From the NCBI GenBank assembly GCA_964558575.1, contig CAZLEQ010000011.1, forward strand, positions 1,910 to 65,909: a stretch of DNA of 64,000 nucleotides, written 5' to 3'. Positions within the stretch are counted from its first letter, which is position 1. Each line of letters starts with the position of its first letter. Source of the stretch: an uncultured Acidimicrobiaceae bacterium (lineage in GTDB: Bacteria; Actinomycetota; Acidimicrobiia; Spongiisociales; ZC4RG35). Under the pieces are notes generated by a model that saw only the letters and a list, made by a program, of their open reading frames with translations, did no database searches and was not told the DNA's origin. Below, in pieces: positions 27,097-36,524 of this stretch. A program made the translations under genes and the position numbers.

Positions 27097-28443
27097 GTGA
27101 CCGCCCGACATCGTCAGTCCGTCAGCTCCGACCAGGCCCGCTATCGCGTGCTGCTCATCGCGCTGGTCGCGGTGTTTCTCATCGGGTTCCTCTTTCTCCG
27201 TGTGCTTGGTATCGGTGGCGGCGAGGAGGGGCCGGGTGTGGCGGACACCACCACCACAACGACTCAGGACCCCGGGACAGTCGACCCCGACACGTCGACG
27301 ACCGCCCCGGGTGAAGACGGGCCGACCACGACGGTGGAGGACACCCAGCCCGAGCTCGGGCCCCTCGAGCAGGTTCGGCTGGAGCAGATCTTCGACGGGT
27401 TCCGTCAGCCGGTGGATCTGGCTGCCCCCGTCGGAGACGACCGGCTCTTCGTGGTGCAACGTGTCGGCGTCATCCGCATCCTCGATGAGACCAGGACCAT
27501 GCTCGACCCGGCCTTCCTCGATCTCACCGACCAGGTCCTCGCCGGAGGCATCGAGCAAGGGATGCTCGGTCTCGACTTCCACCCGGAGTACGCCGAGAAC
27601 GGTCGTTTCTTCGTCTATTACACCGACAAGGGGGGTAGGCGTCAGCTTTCGGAGTTCACCGTGTCGTCCGACGATCCCAACGTGGCCGATCCCGGCAGCG
27701 AGAGGGTGATCTTCGAGTACGAGCAGCCGGAGAACGCCACCGACATCCGCCACTACGGTGGGAATGTCGCCTTCGGGCCTGACGGCTACTTGTGGGTCTC
27801 GATGGGCGACGGTGCCGACAGCAGGGCGCAGGGACAGGACCCGAACACTCCGTTCGGCACCGTGGTCCGCATCGACGTGGACGGCGGCGACCCTTACGGG
27901 ATACCCCCTGACAACCCCTTCGTCGACGGTGGGGGTATGCCCGACGTCTGGGCATACGGGCTGCGCAACCCCTGGCGCTTCGCCATCGATCCCGTGGACC
28001 AACTCATCTACATCGCCGATGTCGGCCATGCCGACCAGGAAGAGGTCAACGTGGTCTCGATCGACGAGGGCGGGTACAACTTCGGCTGGTCCGACATGGA
28101 GGGCGAGCGGTGTTTTCATCTCGCCGGTTGCGACCCCGACGACTACACCTCACCGGTGCTCGTCTACACCCATGAGGAGGGTCTTTCGATCACCGGCGGA
28201 TACGTCTATCGCGGCGCCGAGATACCCGAAATCCACGGTACGTACTTCTATTCCGACTGGGTGCAACAGTGGATCAGGGGTTTCGAATTCGTCGATGGTG
28301 AGGTCACCGAGGCCAGAGATTGGACCGAGGACCTGGGTGGGCCGGTGGGCTCGATCACCAGCTTCGGACTCGACGGCCACGGCGAGCTCTACGTGACCAC
28401 CTACGAGGGCGGGGTCTACCGGTTCACCGCGATCAGGGGATAG
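27097..28443 (+). CDS. PQQ-dependent sugar (glucose/sorbosone) dehydrogenase family protein, N-terminally membrane anchored
   Basis: GMLGLDFHPEYAENGRFFVYYTD, HYGGNVAFGPDGYLWVSMGDG, GTVVRIDVDG, AYGLRNPWRFAID and NFGWSDMEG beta-propeller motifs. TM segment VLLIALVAVFLIGFLFL. Confidence 0.85.
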   Translation: MTARHRQSVSSDQARYRVLLIALVAVFLIGFLFLRVLGIGGGEEGPGVADTTTTTTQDPGTVDPDTSTTAPGEDGPTTTVEDTQPELGPLEQVRLEQIFDGFRQPVDLAAPVGDDRLFVVQRVGVIRILDETRTMLDPAFLDLTDQVLAGGIEQGMLGLDFHPEYAENGRFFVYYTDKGGRRQLSEFTVSSDDPNVADPGSERVIFEYEQPENATDIRHYGGNVAFGPDGYLWVSMGDGADSRAQGQDPNTPFGTVVRIDVDGGDPYGIPPDNPFVDGGGMPDVWAYGLRNPWRFAIDPVDQLIYIADVGHADQEEVNVVSIDEGGYNFGWSDMEGERCFHLAGCDPDDYTSPVLVYTHEEGLSITGGYVYRGAEIPEIHGTYFYSDWVQQWIRGFEFVDGEVTEARDWTEDLGGPVGSITSFGLDGHGELYVTTYEGGVYRFTAIRG

Positions 28444-28756
28444 CGGGCAGGTAGACGATCTCGCCCGGGTAGATGAGGTCCGGGTCGCCCGAGCGGAGAT
28501 TCGGACCATTGACCACCACCACCCGGCGCCAGTACGGGGTGATCTCCTGGCTGGGCACACCGGGACCGAGATATCGCGCCGAGATCTTCCAGAGATGATC
28601 TCCCTTGACCACGGTCACCGGGCTGGCGGACGAGTCGGTGGGTTCGGGCTGGTCGACGGTCACCGGCAGCCGCACCTCATGTTGGGAAGAGGCGAAGGCC
28701 ACAGAACTGAGCATCATCCCCGCGACCAGCCCGACGATGACCATCACCCGAGCCAT
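28433..28756 (-). CDS. LysM domain-containing secreted protein
   Basis: N-terminal hydrophobic segment and the LysM core VTVVKGDHLWKISARYLG...GDPDLIYPGEIVYLP. Confidence 0.75.
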   Translation of the reverse strand: MARVMVIVGLVAGMMLSSVAFASSQHEVRLPVTVDQPEPTDSSASPVTVVKGDHLWKISARYLGPGVPSQEITPYWRRVVVVNGPNLRSGDPDLIYPGEIVYLPAIP

Positions 28757-28810
28757 GTGGGCAACGTAGGTCCGCCACCCAGCGATTGGAAGAGGGTTAC
28801 GATCGCCCCC

Positions 28811-29038
28811 ATGAAGGTTCGCATCGGAATCAGCACGACCGACAAGCTGCTCGAGCTCGAGATCGAAGACCCGGAGGCGTTCCGGGAGGAGATCGAGTCT
28901 TCACTGGCCGAGGGAGGGGTGGGTTGGTTCACCGACTCCAGAGGACGGACCGTCGGTATCCCCGCCCGGAGCGTGGCCTTCATCGAGATCGAGGACGCCG
29001 GGGAGAACCAAACCGTCGGTTTCGCTCCTTCGGTTTGA
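28811..29038 (+). CDS. DUF3107 family protein
   Basis: MKVRIGISTTDKLLELEIEDPEAFREEIESSLAEGGVGWFTDSRGRTVGIPARSVAFIEIED is a small actinobacterial conserved protein. Confidence 0.75.
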   Translation: MKVRIGISTTDKLLELEIEDPEAFREEIESSLAEGGVGWFTDSRGRTVGIPARSVAFIEIEDAGENQTVGFAPSV

Positions 29039-29059
29039 GAGGACGGGGGAGAAGTGGAA

Positions 29060-29080
29060 GAGGCGCCCCATGGGCGCCTC
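29060..29080. terminator. bidirectional GC hairpin between convergent genes
   Basis: GAGGCGCCC-CAT-GGGCGCCTC, a perfect 9-bp stem between the DUF3107 stop (29038) and the whiB stop (29104). Confidence 0.45.
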
Positions 29081-29103
29081 CTCGAGTGTGGATGTCGATT
29101 CGT

Positions 29104-29379
29104 TCAGACGGCGCGGCGACGTCGCTCGGCGAGCCAGCGCTTGCGAAGACGACGGCGGTCGTCTTCGGCATAGCCACCCCATACGCCGGACTCCTGGTTG
29201 GTCTCCAGCGCATATTGGAGGCAATCTTCACGAACCATGCAGGTGTTGCAGATGGCCACGGCGGCTTCGATCTGCTCGATCGCCGGACCGGTGGTGCCTA
29301 CCGGGAAGAAGAGCGTCGGCTCCGAGTCCCGACAGGCGGCGAGGTCGCGCCAATCGGTTGTGATGGTTGTGAGGGTCAT
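29104..29379 (-). CDS. whiB: WhiB family [4Fe-4S] transcriptional regulator (WhiB1/WhiB2-like)
   Basis: DWRDLAACRDSEPTLFFPVG...AICNTCMVREDCLQYAL...GVWGG has the four Cys, the GVWGG turn and a basic tail. Confidence 0.92.
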   Translation of the reverse strand: MTLTTITTDWRDLAACRDSEPTLFFPVGTTGPAIEQIEAAVAICNTCMVREDCLQYALETNQESGVWGGYAEDDRRRLRKRWLAERRRRAV

Positions 29380-29392
29380 GGGTTCCTTACTT

Positions 29393-29408
29393 TGTGATCT
29401 TTTTCACA
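29393..29408. promoter_or_regulatory. perfect CRP/FNR-family binding site
   Basis: TGTGA-TCTTTT-TCACA matches the TGTGA-N6-TCACA consensus. It lies 14 nt upstream of the whiB ATG and about 105 nt upstream of the divergent GDPD start. Confidence 0.55.
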
Positions 29409-29460
29409 AGGGCACGGTCACGAGGTCGACTCGAAGGTGCCTGGGGGGTTTCCGAGCCGA

Positions 29461-29489
29461 AATGTACTGTGCCACCAGGTCCTTGTAAA
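29461..29489 (-). promoter_or_regulatory. candidate sigma-70-type promoter for whiB
   Basis: The minus strand reads TTTACA-17 nt-TACATT, which would give a 5' UTR of about 75 nt that contains the CRP box. Confidence 0.3.
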
Positions 29490-29512
29490 CGGATTTCTTG
29501 GGATTGTTTGTC

Positions 29513-30187
29513 ATGAGTTTAGATTTCTCGGTCGTCGGGCACCGTGGGTGGCCGGATCGCTATCCGGAGAACACCCTCGCCGGGTGCATCGCCGCCGCCG
29601 AGGTCGCCGACGCGGTCGAAATCGACGTTCGTCGATGCGGCGATGGCAGGCTGGTGTTGTCCCACGACCCGTTTCTCGGCGGGCTCCCCGTGGGGGATAC
29701 GCCCTGGGCGTCGCTCTCCGGGATAGATCTCGGCGAAGGCCACCATCCGGCACTCCTCGACGAGGTGCTGGCGGCCCTGCCGGACACACCTGTCCAGATG
29801 GAGGTCAAGAACTGGCCCGGCGAACCGGGGTTCGAGCCGGATCACCGTCTCGCTCTCGAAACCGCCCACCGTGCTCGTCCGGGGGATGTGGTGACGGGCT
29901 TCTACCCCGACTCGATAGCGGCAGTGCGCCGAATCTATCCCAACGTCACCACCGGTCTCTGCATTCCCGGCGCAGTGGCGTTCGGTGAAGCCGTCGATCA
30001 TTGTGTAGACGCGGGTCATGAGGTCCTCGTAGCGGAGTCTTCCCTGATCGCGGCGCCGCTAAACGTGCCGCTTCGTGTGTTTGCCTGGACGGTCAACGAT
30101 CTCCAGCGGACTCGCGAGTTGGTGGAGATCGGCGTCACGGGCATCATTACCGACGACCCCGGGCTGATATCGACCCTCCGAGAGTGA
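29513..30187 (+). CDS. glycerophosphodiester phosphodiesterase family protein
   Basis: VVGHRGWPDRYPENTLAG...EIDVRRCGDGRLVLSHD (GDPD catalytic H-R-G / E-N / E-x-D / H-D pattern). ATG 29513; a TTG at 29498 is also possible. Confidence 0.85.
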   Translation: MSLDFSVVGHRGWPDRYPENTLAGCIAAAEVADAVEIDVRRCGDGRLVLSHDPFLGGLPVGDTPWASLSGIDLGEGHHPALLDEVLAALPDTPVQMEVKNWPGEPGFEPDHRLALETAHRARPGDVVTGFYPDSIAAVRRIYPNVTTGLCIPGAVAFGEAVDHCVDAGHEVLVAESSLIAAPLNVPLRVFAWTVNDLQRTRELVEIGVTGIITDDPGLISTLRE

Positions 30188-30190
30188 CCC

Positions 30191-30655
30191 ATGACCATTC
30201 AAGAAGAATTGACTGCCGAGTTACGAGCCGCGATGAAGGAGAAGGACGCGCTCCGCCGCGACGCGATCCGACAAGTCCAGACCGAGGTGGCCACGGCCAA
30301 GAGCCAGCCGGATTTCGCCGGCGAGGTGGACGACGCCCTCTACCAACGGGTGATCAACTCCTATGTGAAGAGGATGGAGAAGTCACGCGACGAATACGCT
30401 GGCCTCGGGGAACGCGGTGAGGAGATGGCGGACAAGCTCGCCTTCGAGGTCGAATACCTGTCCCGATGGTTACCCGAGAAACTGGACGAAGAGTCGACCC
30501 GTCGCCTCGTGGTCGAAGCCATCGAGGAACTGGCCGTTGCCGGAGATGAGAAGGCCGCGGGGAGGGTCATCGGTGTTCTGATGAAAACCCACGGTGACGA
30601 TCTCGACGGCGGTCTGGTCAACCGTCTGGTGGGGGAGGAGCTGGGCAGCACTTGA
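30191..30655 (+). CDS. GatB/YqeY domain-containing protein
   Basis: MTIQEELTAELRAAMKEKDALRRDAIRQVQTEV... is a typical YqeY N-terminus; 154 aa. Confidence 0.85.
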   Translation: MTIQEELTAELRAAMKEKDALRRDAIRQVQTEVATAKSQPDFAGEVDDALYQRVINSYVKRMEKSRDEYAGLGERGEEMADKLAFEVEYLSRWLPEKLDEESTRRLVVEAIEELAVAGDEKAAGRVIGVLMKTHGDDLDGGLVNRLVGEELGST

Positions 30656-31602
30656 AGCTGCCCGACTTCGAGCCGATGCTCGCCGGCCGGCGGGCGGAGC
30701 CCTTCGACGACGAGAACTGGTGGTTCGAAGTGAAATGGGACGGCTACCGGGCCGTCTTCGGCGCCGAATATGGAAGGATCCGGGCTCGCTCCCGGCGGGG
30801 GCTCGATCTCCTCGCCCCGTTCCCCGAACTGGCGTCGATCGAGATCCCCGATGGCGTGGTGGTCGACGGCGAGATCGTCGCCTTCGACGACGAGGGGCGG
30901 CCGTCGTTCTCACGGCTGCAGCGCCGGACCGGATTCGGTGGAGCTCATGCTGGGGACAGGACCGGGGTCAATCTCGTGGTGTTCGACGTCTTGTTCCACG
31001 GTTCCGACATCACCGGAATCGCCTATGAGGAGAGACGGGCTGTGCTCGACAGCCTGGAGCTCTCTGCCCCGATCGTGGTCCCCGAGCCGACGCCGACCCA
31101 TGGCATCTCCTTGTTCCAGGCGGTCCGGGAGCGAGGAATCGAAGGCATCGTCGCCAAACGACGGGGCTCCCGTTACCAGCCGGGGAGGAGATCGGACGAC
31201 TGGCTCAAGATCGCGGTGCGCCACACCCTGCGCGCCGTCGTCGGCGGCTATCTGCCCGGTGAAGGTGGGCGCGCCGCGACTTTCGGCTCCCTCCTGGTGG
31301 GGCTGTACCAGCCGAGCGGGCTCCGCTGGATCGGGGCGGTCGGCTCGGGGTTCAGCGACTCGTCCCTACGCGCCTTCCACTCCGCACTCGCCCAGATCGA
31401 GCGGGACACCAGCCCGTTCAGCAACGATGTGGTGGTGCCGGGACCGCGCCGGCCGGTGTGGGTGGAGCCGGCCATCGTGGTCAGGGTGGAGTACAAGGAA
31501 TGGACTCATGAGGACCATCTGCGCGCCCCGGTCTTCAAAGGCGTGGAGGTGAACGACCCGGAGACGGTCACCTGGGCCCACGAGGGGCCCGAAGGGCGGT
31601 GA
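30652..31602 (+). CDS. ATP-dependent DNA ligase, ligase-domain-only (LigD-LigDom/LigC type)
   Basis: Adenylation motif I in WWFEVKWDGYRAV and an OB-fold C-terminus. No polymerase or phosphoesterase domains at 316 aa. TTG 30652 overlaps the yqeY stop; ATG 30676 is the alternative. Confidence 0.85.
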   Translation: MKLPDFEPMLAGRRAEPFDDENWWFEVKWDGYRAVFGAEYGRIRARSRRGLDLLAPFPELASIEIPDGVVVDGEIVAFDDEGRPSFSRLQRRTGFGGAHAGDRTGVNLVVFDVLFHGSDITGIAYEERRAVLDSLELSAPIVVPEPTPTHGISLFQAVRERGIEGIVAKRRGSRYQPGRRSDDWLKIAVRHTLRAVVGGYLPGEGGRAATFGSLLVGLYQPSGLRWIGAVGSGFSDSSLRAFHSALAQIERDTSPFSNDVVVPGPRRPVWVEPAIVVRVEYKEWTHEDHLRAPVFKGVEVNDPETVTWAHEGPEGR

Positions 31603-31667
31603 GCACCCGGCCACCCTCGATGTCACGCTGTTGATTCCTTCGGCGGGCAAGGGCCATACTGCCTGCC

Positions 31668-33287
31668 GTGGCTGACGAGTATCCATGGTGGCGACATGCC
31701 GTCGTGTACCAGATATATCTGAGATCTTTCGCCGATGGGGATGCCGACGGGACCGGAGACATATCGGGTCTGATCTCCAGGCTTCCGTACCTCTCCTCCC
31801 TGGGAGTCGATGCCATCTGGGTCAACCCGTGGTACGTCTCTCCGCTCATCGATGGTGGCTACGACGTGGCGGACTATCGCGACATCAACCCGTTGTTCGG
31901 GACGTTGGGTCAAGCCGAGGACCTGATCACGACGGCTCGGCAGGCCGGCTTGAGGGTGCTCGTCGATCTGGTCCCCAATCACACCTCCTGGGAGCACCAG
32001 TGGTTCCAGGCGGCACTGGAGGCAGCACCCGGGAGTCGGGAGAGACGCCGTTATCACTTCCTCCCGGGCAAAGGTGACCATGGGCAGCTCCCGCCAAACA
32101 ATTGGAACAGCGTGTTTGGTGGGTCTGCCTGGACCCGGGTCCCCGACGGCGAGTGGTACCTGCACATGTTCGATGAGTCCCAACCGGACCTGAACTGGTC
32201 GAACCAGGAAGTGCGCGACGAGTTCATCGACATAATCCGCTTTTGGCTCGACCTTGGAGCTGCTGGTTTCAGGGTCGACGTCGCCCATGGGCTCATAAAG
32301 GCCGCCGGCTATCCCGATGCCTCCGAAGATCGCGACGCACATCTCTCGAATCCATTTGTGGCGAACCATCCGGTTTGGGATCGAGCCCAGCTCCATGACG
32401 TGGTGCGAACATGGCGGTCGGTTCTCGACGAGTACGAGGACACCATGATGATCGCCGAAGCATGGGTCGCCAGTCGGGACCGGCTCGTGTTGTATTGCCG
32501 GCCCGACGAGTACCACCAGATATTCGACTTCCACTTCCTCCGGGCCCGGTGGGACGCCGACCAGGTTCGGTCGACCATCGAGAACTCGCTGGCGGCTACC
32601 TCGACGGTCGGCTCTGTTCCCAGTTGGGTCCTTTCCAACCACGACGTGGTCCGACACGTCACCAGATACGGGCTGGCACCCGATGTCGACGCGCGCGAAT
32701 GGCTATTCCACGGCGAAGACGACCAGATGGACCTCGAGTTAGGCCTCCGGCGCGCTCGTGCCGCAGCTCTCCTGATGCTGGCGCTTCCTGGTTCGGTCTA
32801 TCTCTACCAAGGGGAGGAGCTCGGGCTCCCCGAGGTCCATGATCTACCCGAGGCGGTACTCGACGACCCGGTGTGGGCGCGATCAAATCGCACCGACAAG
32901 GGCCGGGATGGCTCTCGAGTTCCGATACCCTGGAAACGAGGTGGACCCTCCTTCGGCTTCGGTGATGACGGATCTTGGCTGCCCCAGCCGAAGAGTTGGG
33001 CAGAGTTGGCGGTCGAGAGTCAGGACGGCGTCGAAGACTCGACCCTGGAGCTGTACCGGAGTGCGATCCGCATCCGCGACCAGCGTTTGCGCGACGACGA
33101 AGATCTCCAGTGGGTGGAGCACGGTCCGAGAGTCCTGGCTTTTCGCCGACCTGGCGGCTTCACCTGCCTCGTCAACTACGGCGGTTCTCCGGTGGCGTTG
33201 CCGGAAGGCCAGGTGCTGCTCTCGAGCGGCCCGTTGGGTGATGGCACACTTGCTGCCGATACGGCGGTATGGCTCGCCGAGGACTGA
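31668..33287 (+). CDS. GH13 alpha-glucosidase / oligo-1,6-glucosidase family
   Basis: WWRHAVVYQIYLRSFADGDADGTGD..., GVDAIWVNP, DLVPNHTS, GFRVDVAH and EAW conserved GH13 regions. Confidence 0.9.
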   Translation: MADEYPWWRHAVVYQIYLRSFADGDADGTGDISGLISRLPYLSSLGVDAIWVNPWYVSPLIDGGYDVADYRDINPLFGTLGQAEDLITTARQAGLRVLVDLVPNHTSWEHQWFQAALEAAPGSRERRRYHFLPGKGDHGQLPPNNWNSVFGGSAWTRVPDGEWYLHMFDESQPDLNWSNQEVRDEFIDIIRFWLDLGAAGFRVDVAHGLIKAAGYPDASEDRDAHLSNPFVANHPVWDRAQLHDVVRTWRSVLDEYEDTMMIAEAWVASRDRLVLYCRPDEYHQIFDFHFLRARWDADQVRSTIENSLAATSTVGSVPSWVLSNHDVVRHVTRYGLAPDVDAREWLFHGEDDQMDLELGLRRARAAALLMLALPGSVYLYQGEELGLPEVHDLPEAVLDDPVWARSNRTDKGRDGSRVPIPWKRGGPSFGFGDDGSWLPQPKSWAELAVESQDGVEDSTLELYRSAIRIRDQRLRDDEDLQWVEHGPRVLAFRRPGGFTCLVNYGGSPVALPEGQVLLSSGPLGDGTLAADTAVWLAED

Positions 33288-33404
33288 GACTCGGCTCCGA
33301 ACGCGGGTAGGGCTACGCCATCTCCGATGGCGGAGGGGAAGACAGGGGGCCCTTATCAAGTGCTCGGCTACCCGCTAGATTCGATTCAGAGGACTGGAGG
33401 GCAG

Positions 33405-33782
33405 ATGCTCGATTGGCGAAGGGTAGACGGTCACTGGTTCGGCAACGGCTTTCGGATCCACCGGGTGGGCCCGACGCGGTGGCAGTTGGAGGAGCGCGCG
33501 GGCGAGTCTGGGTCGGTGATCGTAGACCCAGTGCCGATAGCCGCACTACCCACCCTGGAAGCCTGCAAGCACAAGGCCGAGACTTTGCACACGACGAGAC
33601 GAACGGCATTACTTCGGCAGCGCTTGACACTCATCGGCCTCGGTGGTTGGGTGTTCGCCCTACTTGGCGGTCACCCCGTTTTCTTCTTCGTGGCCAGCGT
33701 GGTGGGGTCGGCCGCGCTGCTTGAATTGATCATGACCTATGTCGAGGATCGCACCGGCGGAGCCCGACACCTGACCCAGTAG
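33405..33782 (+). CDS. hypothetical membrane protein
   Basis: GGAGGG before ATG 33405. Two C-terminal hydrophobic helices. No family recognised. Confidence 0.4.
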   Translation: MLDWRRVDGHWFGNGFRIHRVGPTRWQLEERAGESGSVIVDPVPIAALPTLEACKHKAETLHTTRRTALLRQRLTLIGLGGWVFALLGGHPVFFFVASVVGSAALLELIMTYVEDRTGGARHLTQ

Positions 33783-33959
33783 TCGCCCCCGCCCGGTTGT
33801 TCCGCCCGGGTGATCGACGCGACACCGACGTGTTGAGCGGTGCTCCATTGGCCCATCCACCTGCTGAGCCGGCGCGACCCAACACCGAGCTGCGATCGAT
33901 GTGTAGATTGATGATCCGCCGGGCTGATTGTCCGGCCTGAAGGAGGAAAAGAGGAAGAT

Positions 33960-35318
33960 ATGAAGAAACGATGGTTAATCACCCTCGTGGCCCTGCTGCT
34001 GGTGCTCGCCGCCTGCGGGGACGAAACCGAGGGAACGACGACCACCGCCGAGGATGGGGCGACCACCCAACCCAGCGGCGACGGTGAGGAGATAACGCTG
34101 CGCATCCTCGCCGGGAACGTCGGCGCCGAGTTGGAGAGCACCGAGAGAATCGCCGAGGCATTCATGGACGACAATCCGGGGATCACTGTCGAGGTGGTTT
34201 CTACACCGGACTTCGTCGAGGATCGACTCGGGGTGTACCTCCAGCTCTTCCAGGCCCAGTCGTCTGAGGGCGATGTTTTCCAGATCGACGTGATCTGGCC
34301 GGGAGACCTAGCCGAGCATTTCATCGACTTGAACACGATGACCGATAGCGAGGGCCGCACCGGCGCCGAGATCGCCGAGGGTCACTTCCCAGCGATCGTC
34401 GCCAACAACACGGTTGATGGTGCGCTCGTCGGGATCCCGTGGTTCACCGATGCCGGGTTGCTCTACTACCGTTCTGACCTGCTCGAGAAGTACGACCTCG
34501 ACCCTCCGCAGACCTGGGATGAGTTGGAGGCTGCGGCCCAGACCATTCAGGACGGGGAGCGGGACGAAGGCAACCAGGACTTCTGGGGATTCGTCTGGCA
34601 GGGCAACGCCTATGAGGGTCTCACCTGCGATGCCCTCGAGTGGATCGCCTCCGCCGGCGGCGGATCGATCATTGAGCCCGATGGGACCATCACCATCAAC
34701 AACGACGCTGCAGTCGGGGTTGTCGATCAGGCCGCTGGTTGGGTGGGGACGATCTCACCGCCTGGTGTGACTGCCTACGGTGAAGAAGACGCCCGAAACG
34801 TGTGGCAGGCCGGAAATGCCGCCTTCATGAGGAACTGGCCTTACGCCTACTCACTCGGGAACGCCGACGACAGCCCCATCCAGGGTTTGTTCGACGTATC
34901 ACCATTGCCCGGAGCAACGGCCAGCCAGAGCGCAGCCACGCTCGGTGGCTGGCAGCTCGCTGTCTCCCGTTACTCGGCGCATCCCGAAGAGGCGGCGAGG
35001 CTCGCCTTCTTCATGGCCTCCGAAGAACAGCAGAAGATCAGGGCGATCGACTACTCGTTGAACCCGACCATCGAGTCGTTGTACGACGACTCGGAAGTGA
35101 TCGGTGCCAACCCGTTCTTCGAGAGTCTGTTCGACGTGTTCACCAATGCGGTGGCCCGTCCGTCGACTGTGACTGCTCCCAACTACAGCGGTGTTTCGTC
35201 GTTGTTCTTCAACGCCGTCCACGGTGTCCTCACCGGAAGCACCGATGCTGCCAGTGCCCTCGCCGAGCTCGAGCTCGACCTGGAGGATGAGACCGGGTTC
35301 CCCACCGGGAGCCCATGA
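33960..35318 (+). CDS. sugar ABC transporter substrate-binding lipoprotein (family 1, maltose/trehalose-type)
   Basis: Lipobox LLVLAACG and a strong RBS AAGGAGGAAAAGAGGAAG. Family-1 SBP features (WFTDAGLLYYRSDLL, GGWQLAVS). Confidence 0.9.
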   Translation: MKKRWLITLVALLLVLAACGDETEGTTTTAEDGATTQPSGDGEEITLRILAGNVGAELESTERIAEAFMDDNPGITVEVVSTPDFVEDRLGVYLQLFQAQSSEGDVFQIDVIWPGDLAEHFIDLNTMTDSEGRTGAEIAEGHFPAIVANNTVDGALVGIPWFTDAGLLYYRSDLLEKYDLDPPQTWDELEAAAQTIQDGERDEGNQDFWGFVWQGNAYEGLTCDALEWIASAGGGSIIEPDGTITINNDAAVGVVDQAAGWVGTISPPGVTAYGEEDARNVWQAGNAAFMRNWPYAYSLGNADDSPIQGLFDVSPLPGATASQSAATLGGWQLAVSRYSAHPEEAARLAFFMASEEQQKIRAIDYSLNPTIESLYDDSEVIGANPFFESLFDVFTNAVARPSTVTAPNYSGVSSLFFNAVHGVLTGSTDAASALAELELDLEDETGFPTGSP

Positions 35319-35426
35319 CAGATACGGGGTGAGAAGCGAGGGGAGAGATGATCTCTCTCCCCTCGCTTGCGTAGCAGGCCGCACGTGACCGGGGCATGTG
35401 CTTGTATCGCCTTCGCAGGAGGACCA

Positions 35427-36524
35427 GTGGCGATAGCGGCTCCACCGAAACAGCCGAAGAGAACCAAGCAGATCTCGCTAGCCAGAGGTGAGGAGAAGCT
35501 CGCCTATTGGCTGCTGGTACCCACGCTGGTGATCCTGCTGGCGATCGCCTTCTACCCCTTGGGCGCGGTGTTCTACTCGAGCCTCACCAACGAGAGGTTC
35601 GCCAGTGCCGCTGAAACGGAGTTCGTTGGACTCCAGAACTACTCGAATCTGCTCAGTTTCACGCTGGTCGAGCTCCAGCCAGAACTCGACACCTCGGGCA
35701 ATCCGGTGATCAACGAGGTGACCGGCGAACCCGAGTTTGAGTCGCCACTCGAGGCTCTGCCTCGTGAGCCGCGCCGTTATCGGAGTGTGTTCACCTTCGG
35801 CCTGTTCGGAAACCAATACGTCCTCGGAGCAACCGACCCCGCGTTCGTTCTGGCCATCGCCGACACCATGATCTTCACCGTGGCGTCGATCTCTCTCGAG
35901 GTGCTCATCGGTTTGGGTATCGCGCTGGCGCTCAACGCTCCATTTCGGGGGCGGGGGGCGATGCGAGCCGCAATGCTCGTGCCCTGGGCGATACTCACCG
36001 CGGTTTCGTCCCGCATCTGGGAGTGGATGTTCATCGATACCCGTGCGGGCTTCTTCAATGTCATATTCCAGCGAGTCGGCTTGTCGGACGGGCAGACCCC
36101 TTTCCTCGCCGACCAGTCCTTCCAGCTGCCTGCGGCGATCATCATCGATGTCTGGAAGACGACCCCCTTCATGGCATTGCTGCTGTTGGCCGGTCTCTCA
36201 TTGATACCGGACGAGCTCTACGAGGCTGCCGAGGTGGACGGTGCCAGCAAGTGGAATCAATTCAAGTCGATCACCCTTCCGCTCCTGAAGCCGACCCTCG
36301 CTGTGGCGTTGGTATTCCGCACTCTCGATGCCCTCCGCGTTTTCGACCTGTTCCAGATCGTGTTTGCCCAGAAGAAGTACTCGATGGCGAGCTACGCGTA
36401 TTACACCCTGATCGACGGAAAGCTGCTGGGATACTCATCGGCGGCATCGGTGGTGATCTTCTTTCTCATAACCATCTTCGCCATCTTCTACATTCGCGGA
36501 TTGGGGTTGGCCTCCGATGACTGA
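35427..36524 (+). CDS. sugar ABC transporter permease (MalF/ThuF-like)
   Basis: EAA loop DELYEAAEVDGASKWNQFKSITLPLLKP and 6+ TM segments. AGGAGG lies 5 nt before GTG 35427; the ORF is open to 35367. Confidence 0.9.
   Translation: MAIAAPPKQPKRTKQISLARGEEKLAYWLLVPTLVILLAIAFYPLGAVFYSSLTNERFASAAETEFVGLQNYSNLLSFTLVELQPELDTSGNPVINEVTGEPEFESPLEALPREPRRYRSVFTFGLFGNQYVLGATDPAFVLAIADTMIFTVASISLEVLIGLGIALALNAPFRGRGAMRAAMLVPWAILTAVSSRIWEWMFIDTRAGFFNVIFQRVGLSDGQTPFLADQSFQLPAAIIIDVWKTTPFMALLLLAGLSLIPDELYEAAEVDGASKWNQFKSITLPLLKPTLAVALVFRTLDALRVFDLFQIVFAQKKYSMASYAYYTLIDGKLLGYSSAASVVIFFLITIFAIFYIRGLGLASDD

Noticed and set aside
25778-28119. Minus-strand ORFs 25778..27085 (435 aa) and 26953..28119 (388 aa)
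   Set aside because: They are antisense to the DUF2652-SRPBCC and PQQ-dehydrogenase genes, both of which show recognisable family motifs.
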